Translations under genes and position numbers: made by a program | Assembly: GCA_033442325.1 (NCBI GenBank) | Contig: JAWQFM010000008.1 | Span: forward strand, 310,001-374,000 | DNA: 64,000 nt | From: Salpingoeca rosetta | Taxonomy: Eukaryota > Protista > Choanoflagellata | Direction: 5' to 3' | Shown: one piece after another, positions 50,001 to 64,000 of the stretch | How positions within the stretch are numbered: position 1 is the first letter of the stretch | How the letters are laid out: every line of letters begins with the position of its first letter | Notes under the pieces: generated by a model | Databases searched by the model: none | What the model was told of the DNA's origin: nothing | What the model saw: the letters and a program-made list of their open reading frames with translations, nothing else

Positions 50001-50635
50001 AAACGCACCTCGGAGATGTAGAGGTCGGCTTGCTTAAGCAGCTCGCCAATGAGGAGCACGTTGGATGTGGTGCCATCGCCCGTGATGTCGTCCTGTGCGG
50101 TCGCCGCTCTTGCGATCAGCGAAGCTGTGGGGTGTTGGATTTGCTACGCGGGTAGAAATCGAATGAAACACACACACACGCAGTTGAGCACGACAGATCG
50201 AGACAAAGGTGAGCGATCGAAGCGGCTTCAAGAAGACGATGTTGAGAATCAACTGCAAGTGGGTGGTGAATGTGTGGCGTCGCTGCCAATGGCGGCGCAC
50301 AAATCGAGCAGGGGAACACAAGCACACATGCACGGTGGTGAACAAGCATACAAGCACGGCTCGTTCAAGTTTGCACACACATACGCATGTAAGGCTCACA
50401 CACAAGGATCATACGCATGCTCACGCCCACTGACCATGTCGTGGAGAAGGACGTTGCCATCCTTTGTGATCTTGATGTCACCGGCACCACTGACAAGCAT
50501 CTTCATGGTGCCCTTTGGGCCGAGGTTGGAGGAAAGCACATCCTGGAGACCGCGAGCAGCGCTCGTGTTGAGCTGCAGCGCAAACGCTGCGCGGGCAACC
50601 TCGGCCTTTGGGTTGAGCGTCTCAATCGCAGACAT
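47065..50635 (-). CDS. CCT6: T-complex protein 1 subunit zeta (chaperonin CCT6)
   Basis: [68 protein letters not shown]|[20 protein letters not shown], and C-terminal [17 protein letters not shown]. Confidence 0.97.
48317..48406 (-). ncRNA. Intronic box C/D snoRNA, U25/SNORD25/snR56-like (guides 18S Gm equivalent to human G1490)
   Basis: Minus strand: tgtccc-TGATGA(C)-acaaaataa-CACAGACCTGTA-CTGA(D')-...-CTGA(D)-gaca with a terminal TGTC/GACA stem. The guide is complementary to the conserved 18S sequence ACAGGUCUGUG. Confidence 0.88.
48971..49062 (-). ncRNA. Intronic box C/D snoRNA, U43/SNORD43/snR70-like (guides 18S Cm equivalent to human C1703)
   Basis: Minus strand: GTGATGA(C)-agaactga-GACGGGCGGA-CAGA(D')-...-CTGA(D), flanked by GGCTCG/CGAGCC and GCGGA/TTCGT stems. 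The guide is complementary to 18S CCGCCCGUC. Confidence 0.85.
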
Positions 50636-51165
50636 GTCGTGTGTGTTGTGATAAGCCGAGCGGGGAAGGGGGGAGGAGGAGGAGAAGAGGGTTGTTGGTT
50701 GGTTGGTTGGTTGGTTGGTTGGTTTGTATCTTCGAGGGGTGATAAGGGGAAATACACAAAAACAGCGAGTGACCGAGTGCCACGCACGCCCTCGTGTGTT
50801 GTGGTGTTTCCTTGCTTACTGTGGTGTGGCAGTTTTTCCTTGTGTTCGTCGCCAAGAATACCTGAATACGGTGAACGCGGATTTTTCCGACTCCAACCAT
50901 AGCATTTGCGCTCAGCTGTCAGAAGCGGCACCCTCGAGAATAATTCATGCTGTCGCAGGCGATGTGGCAGTTGCCATCGGGTGGTTCGTTCGCCCGAAGA
51001 ATCCCGCACTGATTTCAGTGCGCTCTGCCTTGACGTTGATTGCTTCAGCTTGTGAACACAAGCACATTTCACACTGTCACATCAGCAAGCCAACAGTGCT
51101 CATCAACAGCACCAACACCACAGAAGCAGGCAACAAGATCGACAACACACAAGCAAGAGAGAGCC

Positions 51166-52618
51166 ATGAGCGGTGCAGAGTGGGCGACCAATGTGCTTGG
51201 AGCGGTGGGAGGCGCAGCGGTGGGGGCGCTCGCGCTGGGCGCCGTGGTGTGCCGCTTGAACCGCAACATCGCCGATTGGGTGTTTGCCCGTATCTGGCTG
51301 TCCATGAGTGAGTTGGCATGTGAGTGTTTGTGTGGGTGTTTGTGTGCGAGAGTGTTTCGTGTGGTGTGTGGTTGCGTGTTGAGTTGTGGCTGTGAGTGTG
51401 TGTTTGTGTGCGTGTGTTTGTGTGCGTGTGTTTGTGTGCGTGTGTTTGTGTGCGTGTGTGTGTTTGTGTACATGTGAGTGTGTGCGCGGGCACGTTGTCT
51501 ACAACTGCGGAAGGATAGCGTTGTGCGAACGTGCCTTACAATATGTGATCCACACGCAAAGTCATCATGCCATGACCCACTCACTCACCCACTCACTCAC
51601 CCACACGCTCACCCACACGCTCACCCACACGCTCACCCACACTCGCGCCATCTTACTCCTTGATCTCCGCTAGGCGATGAAGTGGACAAGTCCTTGAAGG
51701 TGTACAAGCGAGAGCTCTTCTCCAGCGGGCTCACGGGCCATGTGCTCGAGGTAGGCTCTGGAACAGGCGTCAACCTCAAGCACTACACAGACCCACAGCT
51801 TGGCAAAGACATTGAAAGGTGTGACATTATTGGTTCATGCGTGTTTGTGTGCATGTGTGCATGTGTGCATGTGCATGTGCACGTGTTTGTATATCTGTGC
51901 GAGTGAGTGAGTGAGTGAGTGCCCTATGATTTCTCGTGGTTGCTGCTACTGCTACTGCTGGTGCTGGTGCTGGTGCTGGTGCTGCTGGTGCTGTTGTTGT
52001 GTGTTGTTTGTCGTAATGTTATGTGCATGCACCAGGGTGAGCCATGGTGTTGTACGAGCCACATCCAGACAAAATTTTGACGCTTTTTCACCTCTCATAC
52101 GCATACATGCGCACACTCCAACACATGCATGACGCGACAGCTTGACCATGCTTGAGCCAAATGAGCGGCTGTACGAGAAGCTGGAGGAGGGCGTGAATGA
52201 GGCGTCCGGCACCGCCCGTTTCCCCATCCACACCATCAACGACTTCTTCCCCAGCGACGCCGTCGCCACGCAACAGTACGACGCCATTGTGTTTGTGCTC
52301 GTGCTCTGCTCCGTCAAGGACCTGCGCGAGACCCTGCACGAGGCCTACCGGCTACTGAAGCCGGGCGGCAAGCTCATCTTCCTCGAGCACGTGTGCCCGC
52401 CGCGCGTCTCGCTCAAGTACCTGGCGGCGCTCATGATCAGCCCGCTCTGGACAAGCTACGGCGACGGCTGCAAGCTCACGCGCCAGACAGAGGAGGCCAT
52501 TGTCGAGTTTGACTGGCACGAGACGGAGATTGAGCGGTTCACAAAGGCCGTCCCGCACCACGGCCTGTCATTGGAATGGCTCGCAAACAACATCATCATG
52601 GGGCAGGCCACCAAGTAG
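51166..52618 (+). CDS. Class I SAM-dependent methyltransferase, METTL7/TMT1-like, with an N-terminal membrane anchor
   Basis: Three exons. Hydrophobic N-terminus, KRELFS, VLEVGSGTGVN, YDAIVFVLVLCSV, LLKPGGKLIFLEHV, GDGCKLTR. Confidence 0.88.
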
Positions 52619-52680
52619 TGATGCAGATGTGATGGAATTGTGTTTGTGTGTTTGTTTGTGCGTTTGTGTGTTTGTGTGTT

Positions 52681-52752
<72 letters not shown>

Positions 52753-53295
52753 TGATGCGGCTTGATGCGACGTGGATGTTATTGGGTTTCATGTGCGCGC
52801 GTGTGCGCGCGTGTATGTGTCCAGCTGGCGGTGCTGTTGCTTGGGGCTGAGCCTGCCGCCCCGTTGTTTTCTGCTCTTGCTGCGCTGTGTGTTTTTGTTA
52901 CTCGCTTTGTTGCAGTGCCTTGCTGCTTCCCATTCGCGCAGGTGGCGCTGCTTCTTTGTGTTACATTACTATGTATGTTCTACATACATGCAGTCCGTCG
53001 AATACACGTTACACAAGCTGAAACGTGCGGTGGACGGTCGAGTGGAAGGGAGGGGTGACTGCGTGGATGAGAGGGGGGACGGGGCAGGCGTGCGAGGTAT
53101 GAGGATGGAAGGAACAGAACACAGACAGAAGAGAACACAATCATGTCAACCCACAACAACCAACAACAACAGCAGGCAACAACAACCAGCCAGCAACCCG
53201 CACTGCCGCAATAATTTTCATGGTGTCGCAAGCGCATATCTGTCACGGCTTGCGGCGCACCAAGGCGGACGGCCAGTTGGCAGCAGAGGCACACC

Positions 53296-63957
<10,662 letters not shown>

Positions 63958-64000
63958 TGCGCTCACACCACACTTGCGTGCCTGTGTGCTGTTGCAAGCG

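Overview
Intron-rich eukaryotic genomic DNA full of (GT)n/(CA)n microsatellites, with seven assembly gaps. An HM-motif, PTB-domain tyrosine kinase together with the intron style points to a choanoflagellate, probably Salpingoeca rosetta (inference). Most long ORFs in the supplied track are microsatellite artefacts, so I reconstructed genes by hand from GT-AG splice junctions. About 16 protein genes, in order: COMMD4 (-, runs off the left edge), WDR6/Trm734 (-), villin (+), RABGGTB (-), C2-RhoGAP-EF-hand protein (+), UTP3/SAS10 (-), calmodulin-like protein (+), intronless secreted coiled-coil/fibrinogen(intelectin)-like protein (-), PKR1 (+), HMTK-type kinase (+), intronless archaemetzincin (+), PKA catalytic subunit (-), C9orf85/DUF2039 (+), CCT6 (-), METTL7-like methyltransferase (+), and a very large PPP phosphatase (+, runs off the right edge). 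Highlights: (1) two box C/D snoRNAs (U25/snR56-like and U43/snR70-like) inside CCT6 introns; (2) a BSU1/PPKL-type phosphatase domain fused to two calcineurin-B-like EF-hand modules instead of Kelch repeats; (3) a start codon apparently split by an intron (A|TG), plus several ATG-only first exons; (4) polarised GT...CA intron repeats that could base-pair to bridge splice sites; (5) WDR6 and COMMD4 only 63 nt apart; (6) a ficolin/intelectin-like secreted protein. All family assignments come from recalled motifs; no database search was run.
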